DNA from: a virus | Lineage: Duplodnaviria > Caudoviricetes | Length of the DNA: 50,219 bases | Direction: 5' to 3' (one strand) | IMG/VR virus record: IMGVR_UViG_3300033148_005162 | Span: 1 to 50,219 of that record | Shown here: positions 18,602 through 29,700 of the stretch, piece after piece | Position numbering within the stretch: position 1 is the first letter of the stretch | Layout: each line of letters starts with the position of its first letter | Position numbers and translations under genes: made by a program | Notes under the pieces: model-generated | Database searches by the model: none | Told to the model about the DNA's origin: nothing | Seen by the model: only the letters and a program-made list of their open reading frames with translations

Positions 18602-18924
18602 AATTTAAATTCTCCTTGTTTTATTCCGATTTCTATTTCTTGCATATCGCCGAAAAAATCGGGTGCCCTATTTAACATTACAATAGAATATTCTATTCCA
18701 TTTATTACTATTAAGTCATTCGGATTTACAGCAGTATTTCCCGGAAGAAAAACCGTTCCGTCAATTTCTACGAATGTTCCGGTTGAATCTTTAGATAATT
18801 TCTTAATCAATTCATATCTGCAGTTTAATATAGTTTCATTATACCTTTCCGGTTCTCCATATTCACTTTCAGATTCTAAAGTTTTTATCGTACACTCTTG
18901 AAACATCGGAATTATTGATACCAT
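18598..18924 (-). CDS. head closure / head-tail joining protein
   Basis: 108 aa, YGEP..CR..VFLP..DLIVINGIEY pattern, synteny. Confidence 0.75.
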   Translation of the reverse strand: MVSIIPMFQECTIKTLESESEYGEPERYNETILNCRYELIKKLSKDSTGTFVEIDGTVFLPGNTAVNPNDLIVINGIEYSIVMLNRAPDFFGDMQEIEIGIKQGEFKL

Positions 18925-18968
18925 TTAAATCCTTTATATTGTTAATTTTGATAATTTATATTATACAA

Positions 18969-19472
18969 TTATGCAATTGCTCTTCGTCTTGGCAATTGTG
19001 TCAATATTCCTTTAAGTCCTTTACCGTAGTTCGCTTGCCACCTACCTATCATTTGAGTTGACAATCCAATCGGATTTGCTAATACATATAATGCAGTTTG
19101 CGCTATGACCATTTTTACTTTATTAGTCGGTTCTGCATTTCCATACGTATAGGAAATTACTATATTGTTTCGCCCTTTTGTCCAACCTGAGGAATAATAA
19201 AATGCATTTTTTTGCATATCTACTTCTATATAACTTGTTGAAATTTCCACATCGTCAATTGTTACATCTGTAATTGTTAATATTGGTGCCTTTTTCGGAA
19301 ATAATAAAATTCCTCCATGCCCTGAATGTATTTCGTTCGATTCCGTTCCCTCACGATAATATATTCGCTGATATTCCTGTACAATATTTTCAGCAACTTG
19401 CAAAGTTTCTTCAGGAACATCTTTACCTGTTATTGTTTTCGCTTCTGTTGTTGTACAAAGTAAAGCCGACAT
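18969..19472 (-). CDS. head-tail adaptor (gp6/gp15-like)
   Basis: G.NNIVISYTYG..P..VK pattern; synteny. Confidence 0.75.
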   Translation of the reverse strand: MSALLCTTTEAKTITGKDVPEETLQVAENIVQEYQRIYYREGTESNEIHSGHGGILLFPKKAPILTITDVTIDDVEISTSYIEVDMQKNAFYYSSGWTKGRNNIVISYTYGNAEPTNKVKMVIAQTALYVLANPIGLSTQMIGRWQANYGKGLKGILTQLPRRRAIA

Positions 19473-19530
19473 ATATTATTGTACCTTATATTTACATTAT
19501 CAATTTTTCACAATTTATTAATCTTTTTTT

Positions 19531-21195
19531 TTATTGTGGCACATAAATTCTAATCCAATTTACTGTTGTAGATACTGACGGTCTTGATGCATATATTCTC
19601 AATGTATCAACTGTCGGATACGCTATAAATCTTAATGCGGAATCAGCCAACGCTCCACCGGTTGCCTCCTCTGAAACTATTACAATATCTGTTGATTTCA
19701 TACCGTTAACATATGTTGCTACGGAACCGACAGAAGTAAATGTTACTGAACCTGCAAATTTTGTACTGTTCGAAGCAAAGACTTCAGAAACCTTTATAGT
19801 GTCTATATCTGCCGAACCTGCATTTATAGAATCGGCATCAGCTCTTAAATTGTCTGTATATAATTCTCTGAAACGTCCTGTTGGTGCCTCTATAATTCCG
19901 GTTTTAATTTTTCCATTTTCTATTACCGAACCTCCAATTGTAGCACCACTTATTTTTGCATATCCATTTGATTCATAAACTCCCGGTGTCAATTTCCATA
20001 GTTCTCCACCTGAAGAATTTTCTGTCCCTGTATATAAATGTCCCTGAAATGGAATTATAAATCTAATAGCTGTATTTGTTGTATCTCCAAAACCCCGAGC
20101 TGAGGCAGGGAAAAATACATTTGTGTCCGGATCGGTATAAAATATTTTCGCTCCGTTCGCCGATTTTGTCCCAAGAAACAATTTACCTGCATATACTGTA
20201 GCAGCAGTTACCCTGTCCTGATTCCTTACTACCGATTCACCAAATCCCGAATCGCTATAAAATGTAACAGCTGTCCATGCTGTGTCTCTTGTAGCATTGG
20301 TACGGTATACCCTGACACCGTTTGAATCTCCGACAACTGCATACAAATGTTTATCTACTTGAATTAATTTATCAATTGTTGTTGATAGTACTCTTGTTAC
20401 CGTTGCAGAAGTTACACCGGAATCAGAAAGCGCTTTATTCCAATTTATCAAGTCTTTCGTTCTGTACATTTGCGCTCCGGTTCGATTATGTGTCCCTGCC
20501 CATAAATATCCATTAAATTGTTCAAAAGTAAGCACGCCGACATTTAAAGAATTTCCATTAACAAATCCATTCGTGTCTGATGCTGTAAATGTAGATAGAT
20601 CGGTAGTATAATATGTTTCTGCTCCGCCTTGTGTGGATTGTGAATTATAATATGAAACAACTAATTTACCGTCGAATACAGTCATTGCAGTAATAGAATC
20701 GTTATCAGCATCACCTTGTCCATTTGTATCTATCACGGTGAATATTGTATCATCCGGTGTCTGCGTTGCATATAATCGACCTCTACCAAGTGTATCACTC
20801 ATTGCTACAATAAGGCGATCTTTATATTCAATCATACCGGTAATGCTTGCATTCGATGTATCATTTAGACCAAGCAGGTTTGTTAATGTTACAGCTTCAA
20901 TTCCATCGGATTCATTTAATGTATATATCGCGACCGGCTGTTGGTTTGTAACATTTGTTCCAATCCATAATTTATTTCCATATACTGTTGCAACGGAAAG
21001 TGCAGTATTAGCAGTATTGCCAAGTCCATTTGTGCCAACCTGCTGCCACTCCGTTGTGTCGATTACAAATTCCGTTAATCGATACGGTTCCAAGATTGAT
21101 GTACCTATCGGAAATTGTGCTCTTGTTGGCATCACTATCGAAACTATTGCTAAAATTATAATTGTAACAATAAAAAATGTTATTATATTTTTCAT
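19531..21195 (-). CDS. signal-peptide-bearing beta-propeller protein in head module
   Basis: MKNIITFFIVTIIILAIVSIVMPTRA-Q; repeated blades (YGNKLWIGT, FDGKLVVS, FNGYLWAGT, YAGKLFLGT, FQGHLYTGT). Confidence 0.75.
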   Translation of the reverse strand: MKNIITFFIVTIIILAIVSIVMPTRAQFPIGTSILEPYRLTEFVIDTTEWQQVGTNGLGNTANTALSVATVYGNKLWIGTNVTNQQPVAIYTLNESDGIEAVTLTNLLGLNDTSNASITGMIEYKDRLIVAMSDTLGRGRLYATQTPDDTIFTVIDTNGQGDADNDSITAMTVFDGKLVVSYYNSQSTQGGAETYYTTDLSTFTASDTNGFVNGNSLNVGVLTFEQFNGYLWAGTHNRTGAQMYRTKDLINWNKALSDSGVTSATVTRVLSTTIDKLIQVDKHLYAVVGDSNGVRVYRTNATRDTAWTAVTFYSDSGFGESVVRNQDRVTAATVYAGKLFLGTKSANGAKIFYTDPDTNVFFPASARGFGDTTNTAIRFIIPFQGHLYTGTENSSGGELWKLTPGVYESNGYAKISGATIGGSVIENGKIKTGIIEAPTGRFRELYTDNLRADADSINAGSADIDTIKVSEVFASNSTKFAGSVTFTSVGSVATYVNGMKSTDIVIVSEEATGGALADSALRFIAYPTVDTLRIYASRPSVSTTVNWIRIYVPQ

Positions 21196-21260
21196 TTTAT
21201 TATCTTCCTTTTAGAATTTATATTTTACAAATAAAACTTCCGTCTACAATATCATAAATA

Positions 21261-21557
21261 TTATACTGCACCTTCCGGCTTTGTAGTAACATTTACTGAA
21301 TAGTCTGCTGTTCCACTTGCAGTTTTAAGATAGAGACTACTATAACTTCCATGTATTTCATCTTGCGAATAAGGCAGCATTGTCGCGAATGTCGAATTAT
21401 CAAAACTCCATTGCAATTCTTTCGTTTTCGACCTATTTACTATTTTAGTTAATTTAGGTTGCCCGGTTGGAGTTATTGTCACTGCGGTTGTTGTTGCAGT
21501 TCCGCTAAAAACTTCAGGCGTTCCTATACCGTCAATTTCCGTTTTTGACTTAGCCAT
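21261..21557 (-). CDS. small beta-rich head-associated protein
   Basis: 98 aa Thr-rich, GGAG SD, head module. Confidence 0.55.
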   Translation of the reverse strand: MAKSKTEIDGIGTPEVFSGTATTTAVTITPTGQPKLTKIVNRSKTKELQWSFDNSTFATMLPYSQDEIHGSYSSLYLKTASGTADYSVNVTTKPEGAV

Positions 21558-21621
21558 TTTATATACTCCAAAAGTTTATTGATATTGTTCAATTTACAAA
21601 AAAATATTTATTTATTATCTA

Positions 21622-22200
21622 TCAATCCTTTTTATCAGGATTGGAATTTTCTTTTTTATCGGATTTAGAAAACAATCCTTTTTTAGGCTTTTCCGTAGTA
21701 ATATTTTCCGCTTTAGGTTTATCTTTTATCTTTTCTATTTTAGGTTTATTAATAGCCTTTTCATCAATAATCGGTTTTTGAATTTTAAATTCCTCTTCTA
21801 TCGGTATATTTTCTTTTCCAGCTATTATCTCCCACAAATCCGGCATATCACGCAATATCTGAGTCGCTTTTTGCTTATTTACTATTATTATATTCTTTTT
21901 CGGATCATCAGCATCGCAAAAAACTCCATCACCTCGATAGTATTGTCTATTTCTCGATCCGATAAATTTCATTTTTACTTTACTTCCATCAGTACCAGCT
22001 GCAATATCCCTATAAAGATTATCCAATGCTTCCTGCGTTTTCGGTGGAATTTCCCAAAGTTCTGCATGTTCTTCAGTTAAACGTTTAGCATGTTCAATTG
22101 GAATATCTATTATACAACTTTTCGGATTTGCTACAGTACAATACAATCCATCACCCCGGTAATGTTTTATTGTTTCGGTTCCCTTGAATTTTAAAATCAT
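21622..22200 (-). CDS. hypothetical head-module protein with tandem ~50-aa repeat and Lys-rich tail
   Basis: KF.G....YRGDG..C....PK..II......A........LWEI occurs twice. Confidence 0.7.
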   Translation of the reverse strand: MILKFKGTETIKHYRGDGLYCTVANPKSCIIDIPIEHAKRLTEEHAELWEIPPKTQEALDNLYRDIAAGTDGSKVKMKFIGSRNRQYYRGDGVFCDADDPKKNIIIVNKQKATQILRDMPDLWEIIAGKENIPIEEEFKIQKPIIDEKAINKPKIEKIKDKPKAENITTEKPKKGLFSKSDKKENSNPDKKD

Positions 22201-22222
22201 TTTTTTAATCTCCCGAAGTTTT

Positions 22223-22265
22223 AATTATGCTCGGAAGAACATTAAGCATTCCTCCGAGCATAATT
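22223..22265. terminator. stem-loop (13-bp perfect arms) after capsid decoration gene
   Basis: AATTATGCTCGGA ... TCCGAGCATAATT; T-run on plus side, so direction uncertain. Confidence 0.55.
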
Positions 22266-22328
22266 TTTATAAGAGTTTATTTTATACTATGTTATGAAAC
22301 TTTTATAAGTTTACTTTATACTATATTG

Positions 22329-23372
22329 TTATGAAATAAACGCCGTTGGATGTGCAATTTGACAGAGGATGTCGTCGTATTGTTCACCAGCTGCTTCAAA
22401 ACACCGCCCGAATGCTTTTTCTTCAATTCCTGTTGATACTCCTGCGATTTGATGTCCTGACGCCCATTCGACACCTTCACCTGCTACTGTAGCATCGCTT
22501 GCTTCAAGATAGCAAAGTCCTCCAATTTGTACCGTTGCCCATACTGTTCCTGCTGCGGTTCCGGTACCGCCGATTACGCAAGGACCTAGACAATCCACAG
22601 CAGCTGCGGTTGCCGCCTGTACTCTATGCGTTGAGCTTGCTACGACTTTTACAATATTACCTTTTGTTAAAGTTGAACCGCTCGTAATAGGAAATGCCAT
22701 ACATGGACCGAGTACCGGACCTTTTCCGTTCCCAAATTTATACCGAATGATATGATCTATATAGACGTTTTCGCTAGCATTTGAGTTTTGATCCCTGAAA
22801 TAAAGAGCACGTACTTTATCTCTACTCCAACTCGTCATATCTATTTCGACTCTGCGATGCGCAGTTCCGGCTGTACCTTTTACGTCTGCATAGGTTTGTA
22901 TTGTTCCACCATTATCGATCGAAACTTGCAGCTCGCCATTTGTGCCGAAATGATCTCCATCCGCCGAATGTACCCAAAAACCTAAATAGTCAGTATCACG
23001 CCAATCCATTTCAGGTGTTCCTGATCCAGAAGGTACGTTAGGTGTTATTACAGCAGATTCATTTATAACTGTAGTTTTGTATACACCTGTTGCATTTCCG
23101 TCCGATGTTAATTTCAAACAATTAGTTCCAACTTTATTACCGGCTGTTCCGACTGATTGAGTAAATCCGCTTGTAACTTCTGTCCAATCTGCATCAGTTT
23201 CGCAATCGTTCACTTCTATTACTGTATTCATACCTGCATGCAACATTAACCGTTCTAATACATCTTGCAATCCTTTATCGTTTGGATCACCCATACCAAA
23301 CGCTCGCGTTAAAGCAAATGGACTTCTTGGCATACCGCCCCTACCGTCAAATGGTTTTGTAAGAATATGCAT
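22329..23372 (-). CDS. capsid decoration/cement-like protein with carbohydrate-binding-like insert
   Basis: Immediately after MCP; C-terminal DUF2190-like pattern; central jelly-roll-like segment (YLGFWV..VYIDHI). Confidence 0.55.
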   Translation of the reverse strand: MHILTKPFDGRGGMPRSPFALTRAFGMGDPNDKGLQDVLERLMLHAGMNTVIEVNDCETDADWTEVTSGFTQSVGTAGNKVGTNCLKLTSDGNATGVYKTTVINESAVITPNVPSGSGTPEMDWRDTDYLGFWVHSADGDHFGTNGELQVSIDNGGTIQTYADVKGTAGTAHRRVEIDMTSWSRDKVRALYFRDQNSNASENVYIDHIIRYKFGNGKGPVLGPCMAFPITSGSTLTKGNIVKVVASSTHRVQAATAAAVDCLGPCVIGGTGTAAGTVWATVQIGGLCYLEASDATVAGEGVEWASGHQIAGVSTGIEEKAFGRCFEAAGEQYDDILCQIAHPTAFIS

Positions 23373-23479
23373 ATTATTACTCCTTTTTTTACGTTAGTTA
23401 AGTTCAGTTTGCCCTTAAAGGGTGCCGCTTAACTTAGGTAAACATTATAGTTTATTATTTTTTGTTCGTTACTACAATT

Positions 23480-24997
23480 TTATGCAGTTAAACTGTATCC
23501 AAGTCCAACCGTTTCTTCTGATGAACCTGGCGTAATCACTTCTTTAAAATCAAATTTTTCAGTCGTTACGACCTGTGTCTGCTGAGTTGCAATTATTCTC
23601 TCAACTTCTGTACGTTGATTTCTTAATGATCCTATCATAAATGACGGTCGATTAACCAGCATTAAAATTGTATCAGTTGTTGTTGAACCGTCATATACAC
23701 CGCTTGTGTTTAAATCCTGACGTACAAACTCAGACACAATTATCGGAATACCGTCGAGCTTGCCGAGTTCGCCATTCAGCACTGTTGCGCTAGGTCCGTA
23801 TTTATCTACCGTTTCAACTTGATCGATTCCGAGCATCTGTATATAAGCTGATATGCTCGTTATCCATGCAAGATCAGTTGGCATAACGCCAAAACGTCCC
23901 ATTGCTTTCCGGATTGACCTTAGATTGTCAAGGGATAATGTAGAGATGTCTACAGCTGCAACTCCACTTGATCCACCTGACAGATATCGCAATCCTGAAA
24001 ATGCTTTTCTTAAATCAGTTGAAAGCGTAACATCTGAATCTTGATGCGTTGTACTGCTATCACCATTTATAATTGCATCTTCCTTGCCGTCGGCAATTGC
24101 TTGTCTCACTTCTTCGGTTACGAACGGTAATATGGGTACAATTGAATCTATTTCTAAATCATCGGAAAATAGTACACGTACGCCCATTGTTATTGCCGAA
24201 AAAGAAATTTTACTTGTCGGTACAGTACGTGCCCCAATTTTTGTTGCATCATCTGCTGTCGGTTCGGAAACTAAATATGCCCGGATTCTAGGACCTCGCA
24301 GCGGCGCCTCGTAATTCGAACGTGGAAGATTTAATTGTCTAAACAAACCTGCAACCTTTAATTGTAACCGTACATCGTCAATCATACTTGCTGACATCTG
24401 AGTTGGAATTATATCAGCATTGTCCGTTGTATTCATTGCTTTCATCATTGAACGCATTTCCGGATGGCAGGTTAACTCAGAAAGCCAAAATTTGTACAAA
24501 TCATTTTCCTTTACTACAACATCGTACGGTCTATTTTGTTTCAGGCTTTGTGCAAAACCGTAAATTAATACCTGATCATGTAGGTCCATTAATTCTTCCA
24601 TACCGTCGTACGAACCTTTCAGCTTCCATTGAAAATTTTTCTTATCCCATATTACTCGAGGGCTATATAATTTTCGCATTAACGGATTTGGATGTTTGCC
24701 GTAAACGTTAGCGATTCTCCCAAATTCTTTATTCATTTTAGATTCGAATTCTGCAATTCTTTGTGATTTCTTTTGATCCGAATCTTCGTCATTATTAATA
24801 ACATTAGCATTATCGACAAACTGAAAATTTTTGAGCTTACCTTCAATATCATCAATTTGTCCCTTAAAACGTTCTTCCAATTCTTTAATTTCACCTTTAG
24901 TACGTTCGGTTCCGTTTTTGATAAGCTCCTGCAATTGGGATACTTCGCTTTTAATGGCTTCTTTAGTATTGTTTAATTGTTCTTCTGTAATTGGCAT
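23480..24997 (-). CDS. major capsid protein, HK97 fold, with N-terminal coiled-coil scaffold/delta domain
   Basis: IIPTQMS..; EDAIINGD; LGKLDGIPIIVSE; follows prohead protease. Confidence 0.92.
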   Translation of the reverse strand: MPITEEQLNNTKEAIKSEVSQLQELIKNGTERTKGEIKELEERFKGQIDDIEGKLKNFQFVDNANVINNDEDSDQKKSQRIAEFESKMNKEFGRIANVYGKHPNPLMRKLYSPRVIWDKKNFQWKLKGSYDGMEELMDLHDQVLIYGFAQSLKQNRPYDVVVKENDLYKFWLSELTCHPEMRSMMKAMNTTDNADIIPTQMSASMIDDVRLQLKVAGLFRQLNLPRSNYEAPLRGPRIRAYLVSEPTADDATKIGARTVPTSKISFSAITMGVRVLFSDDLEIDSIVPILPFVTEEVRQAIADGKEDAIINGDSSTTHQDSDVTLSTDLRKAFSGLRYLSGGSSGVAAVDISTLSLDNLRSIRKAMGRFGVMPTDLAWITSISAYIQMLGIDQVETVDKYGPSATVLNGELGKLDGIPIIVSEFVRQDLNTSGVYDGSTTTDTILMLVNRPSFMIGSLRNQRTEVERIIATQQTQVVTTEKFDFKEVITPGSSEETVGLGYSLTA

Positions 24998-25031
24998 TTT
25001 TATACTCCTTATTGTTTTTTATACTAACCGT

Positions 25032-26390
25032 TTAGTCTGTTTCAATTAGTTTGCGTATTTGCTTGAGTGATCCTAATATATCATTATCGCTCCATTCATT
25101 TCCGTTTTGTTCTTTGTCGTTCAATTCTATAGCTTGATCTAGATCGGCTGAGCTGTCGCTCCCTGCTCGACCTGTAATGTCCGGCTCACATTGGATTGTA
25201 TTTTCTAAACTTTCCACAAATTTTTTCGCTATATCCAATGTACGAACAAGATTTTCTACGTCTATTTTTTCTATACTATTATATTCGTTTTGATCTATAT
25301 TGTAATTTTCAAGTTCTTCCCATTCTTCCAGGAATAAAGATTTCAATTCAGTATCGGTATACGCTTTAAACTCCGGAACCGTTTCGTTGAAATTTATATA
25401 ATGCGATGCGAGATGTTCATAAACCTCTTTGCGATCTTCTTCAGGAATTTTTGCTCCTCCTCTTGCACCTAAAAGTGACGCCATTGCAGATTTCACACCT
25501 TTCCATACAGTTTTTAACTCCCCATCGATTATCTTATGATGCGGTAATTTGTATGCAGATTTCGTCTTAGGTCGATTATCATCGTACCAAGCATGTGCTG
25601 ATTTATATCTGCTCCAACTTGGAGGAGTTCCAAGTATAAGATTCTGTTCCGCCGCTGAAAGACTCCATTTCTGATCTTTAGGCGCTAACGGCATTTTTTT
25701 ATAAGGAATCACTGATTTCAATTCCCGTAAATACTCAGGCTGAATCACAGGAATATCAAATTTAGAAAACATATTTTCAATCTGCTTTTGCAAACCTTGC
25801 ATATAAGCTGTAACTATATTATCAACTTGCGGTATTCCAGTTTTTGCAAGTGTCTCCGGATTCATCGGTACGTTCGTTGCAGATAATTCAAACCATTCCC
25901 ATTTCCTAAAAAATAAATAATCGCCATCTTTTAAATCTTCCGGATCTTCAGCTTTACTGTCAGTTTCTCGTTTTGTTATAGGTTCTTCAAGTGGCCTCCA
26001 ACCTATCGAGACAGCACGCAATACTTTTCGCTTGAATTTTCCATATATTTGTTTTGCAAATTCGTCTTCCATATCAAATTGTACCGGTACCTCAGCTGCA
26101 CGATTTGTTACCTTCAAATTTTTAATATCTAATGTACCGATTGCCGGAATACTTGCTCCGAACATTGCTCCCATATCATGATTCCAAAGAAATACGGGAT
26201 TATTTTTAATTGCATCTGCAACCATTCCCTCCATTGACATTTTATGTCGTCCACGGTCAATCGTATTTGTAGTAAATCGTACATCTATTCTACCGTCCGA
26301 ATCGTCATTGTCTGAATCAGGATTTGCTTTTATCTCCGGATAAATTGTCTTGTACATTTGCTGATGTACAAAAGGCTGTATGTCTGGCAT
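25032..26390 (-). CDS. HK97-family prohead protease with additional C-terminal domain
   Basis: NNPVFLWNHD, AVSIGW, ELSATNVPMNP motifs; then YKLPHH..GARGG..HLASHY domain. Confidence 0.9.
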   Translation of the reverse strand: MPDIQPFVHQQMYKTIYPEIKANPDSDNDDSDGRIDVRFTTNTIDRGRHKMSMEGMVADAIKNNPVFLWNHDMGAMFGASIPAIGTLDIKNLKVTNRAAEVPVQFDMEDEFAKQIYGKFKRKVLRAVSIGWRPLEEPITKRETDSKAEDPEDLKDGDYLFFRKWEWFELSATNVPMNPETLAKTGIPQVDNIVTAYMQGLQKQIENMFSKFDIPVIQPEYLRELKSVIPYKKMPLAPKDQKWSLSAAEQNLILGTPPSWSRYKSAHAWYDDNRPKTKSAYKLPHHKIIDGELKTVWKGVKSAMASLLGARGGAKIPEEDRKEVYEHLASHYINFNETVPEFKAYTDTELKSLFLEEWEELENYNIDQNEYNSIEKIDVENLVRTLDIAKKFVESLENTIQCEPDITGRAGSDSSADLDQAIELNDKEQNGNEWSDNDILGSLKQIRKLIETD

Positions 26391-26564
26391 TGTACAGTTG
26401 CTCCTTATTATTTATATTATCTTTCTTGGGTACTTTTAATTCCATATTTAATATATGGACTACGGGTATCTGAATAAAATTTGCTCGCTGCGGTAAAGAA
26501 TGCATTATACAAAAATCCTAAATTTAATTATGATTTATCTTTTAATTCCAAACTTAATTATGAT

Positions 26565-26711
26565 TTATTCATCTTTTTTGAATTTTTCTTGCGCAAGTTT
26601 CCTTCCATCGTGAATAATATCACCTTTTGGATTTGTGATCTTCATTGAAAAAGGCGCTAATTTATTCAAACTATCGATATATTCTTTATTTTCGCTTTTT
26701 TTGGTAGCCAT
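26565..26711 (-). CDS. 48-aa ORF directly after ART domain (candidate immunity protein; not in ORF track)
   Basis: MATKKSENKEYIDSLNKLAPFSMKITNPKGDIIHDGRKLAQEKFKKDE with AGGTGA SD. Confidence 0.55.
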   Translation of the reverse strand: MATKKSENKEYIDSLNKLAPFSMKITNPKGDIIHDGRKLAQEKFKKDE

Positions 26712-26745
26712 TATTTCACCTATATATTTATATATCTATTTACAT

Positions 26746-29700
26746 TTATTCTATAACTTCTTCTACATCAATTACTAGACGTTTAAGTGTGCTTAACGTT
26801 CTTTTCCTTTTGCTAACAACTTTAAGTTTAATACCTTTTCCGAATACAACTTCTTCTTCATCGTAGAAACTAGATACATGTTTAATAGACGCACTCCTTT
26901 CTGGTGCATTTTTTATTCTAAGGATTACATCATCTTCGCTTTCTAACGCAAAAGCTTGCGCTCTTCTAGCATTACTTGACCAGTGGGTTGTAGTTTCCAA
27001 GCTTATCTCTGAACCTATCTCCACACTTCTTAATTTATTAACAAAATCAATATTTTCTTCATCAACTCCTACAGATATTCCACGATACACTGGAGTATTA
27101 GATTCAAACTTAGGCGAATTTTCTATAAAATCATTCAAAGATTTGGAAATACTACTCCAGCTTGGATGAATTTCCGAATCAAGTTCCAAATCTTCTACAC
27201 TTAATGGCACTCTAACATTTAATTCATGCCTCAATATCATTTCTGAAGGTTTTGTTTTTGTAAAATATTTAGCAGCTAATACTTGTTTTTTAGCTTCATC
27301 TTTTGTTAATTCAATCCCTTTTTTTCTAGCGTCTTCAATTAATACATCAGATGCTTTATCAATATCTAGTACTTTGTTTATATGATTTCTTTCATACCGT
27401 GGTACAGTTACCTTTTGCGATTCAATCCCTGTTTGTTTTCCTTGTAAATCCAATGCCTCTTTGACTTCATCCGGATCAATTACAGGTGCAACCGCGCATC
27501 TACAATTATATGTTTCCTCTGGTGATCCTGACGGATCGCCCGGATATTCCAATCTATCCGCTCCTACAGCAAAAAGCTGATTATGTTGCACTATTTGATT
27601 ATGTGCTTCAAGATGGGTTTGGCGTGTACGTCCATCGGTTAATTCAGCTGACCAACGTTCACCCTCTACTATCGTTATTCCTGCGGTTTCATTTATAGCA
27701 CTATATCGTGCTTTGCTTGCTCCGTTATATGCTGCCGTACTTGAGGTCCTAGCGATTCTTACAGCATCAATAGCTTTAATGTTTACTCCTTCTGTAATAA
27801 TATCTTTTGCGATACGAGCGCTTGATGCTCCATCCATTATTCCAAAATGTACAACCTGTTTTATTTTATTCCTTGCAGATTCGGATAGTTTTGTTGTATC
27901 CGTTCCGGCTAAAACTCTAGAATTTTCAGATAATTGCCTCCAACCTACTGTATCTTTGTATAGTTTTTCTTCTTCCAAGTTTTCGAACAAGTCTTCAAAT
28001 TGAAATCCCGGATCATCGGCTTTTGTTTTTGACTGTAAATTATATATTTTTGCAGATTGGGTTGATTGTAATGTTTTCTGTTTTTTCTTTTTATTAATTA
28101 AGTCTCCTAATTCCTCTTCTATAAGTTCTCCGGCAAACTCAAAATTTCTTTCATATACTTTTTCATAAATTTCTATTGCCTTTTTTTGTATATCGGCTTT
28201 TAAATCAGAATTAAAATCAAAGTTTTCTGTATCGAAATTTTCTTTATCCCATTGATCAACTGCATCTTCTATAAGTCTATCGGTTTGCTGTTTCCAAAAT
28301 CGTCTCAAATCATTTTCTGTTTTTTGTGCAATTCGTTCAAACCGTTTCATATATTCCCGATGTTTTATCCCACCATATTTCCAGCCGTTATTTTCCGATT
28401 CAGCCGGATTATATATTATACCATCGAGCGAGTCTAAAAGATTTTTAATACAATAGTCAATCGATTTATTTCCGTTATTTTTGTTATTGTTATTCCCCTC
28501 TGCTGGTGGGGTCTGATCTTCTGTAGTATCGTTCTCAGGTTCCTCCTGTTCGCTGGTATCATCCGGTTCTGTCCGGTCTGTTTCTGTCTTCTGTTCCGCT
28601 CTTGCCTCAACAAGTTCAATCGGGATAATAGATTGATCCATGTAGAATTTCTTCAGTCTGTCATCACCACTCGGTTCTTTCCCGAATATATCTATTCTCA
28701 TTTCTTCTGGTGTAATCGCTCCATATCTTATCCCATCCTTATATCTATTTATTTTTTTATCAAGGTCTTCCTGCAATGCCAAGACATTTGTCATATCAAG
28801 TTCTATATATACGCCGGGCTCAACACTTGGCATAAATTTAGAGTTTAATTTATCTTGGAACTTATTGCGTTTTGGTGTAATTGCCTGTGTCCAAAATATT
28901 CGCTGTTGTTCGATTGACGTCTGATACTTTGTGCTATCTACAATTCCAACGTATATCGGCGGAACGTTAAATGCAGCTAATATTCTTGATTGTACAGATT
29001 TTTCTCCACTCTGAAAATCCATATCCTTCATAGATTGCTGTAATAATTTAATGTCCACACCACCTGTCAAAACTGCCGGTTCGTGTGCATTATCTGTACC
29101 GCCATAATTCTCTTTCCATTTAGCTCGTACCTCGGCTATATCATCTTCATCAGCTTCATCATCTTCCGGATACACAAGAACTATTGGTGGAATAGCGTTA
29201 TTTTTAAAATAATTTATGTTCCATTTTTCCTGATACAATGATCTCATTATCGGATTATAGATTACCTGTATCGGTGATAATCCATAAGTTTCACTCGCCG
29301 GATTAAAATATTGCAGGTGAAATATCTGCGATTTGTCGAAAGTTTGCCATTTACCATTCACATAATAATTCCATCCTTCAATACCGGTTTTTTCAACAAT
29401 AGGCGTCATCCTCCACGATTCTAATGGGTATATAGCTTCAACTTTACCGTTTATCCCGTTTTTTGCTATTTCCCAGTGCGACCAACCTGTTGTTTCCAAA
29501 TATGTGAACGTTTGTTCTACAAGTTCGGAAAAGGTCATATTCTCATTTATATATTCGAATAGGTCTTTTGCAGCTCCACCGGTTACATAATCTCGCTTTC
29601 CGCTTTTTCGCACTCTATAAAATCTTGGTGGCAGTTGTGAGATGTGTGATGTTATTGCAGTAACACATGCATATGCCCATACTTCAAGCCCATATGCATC

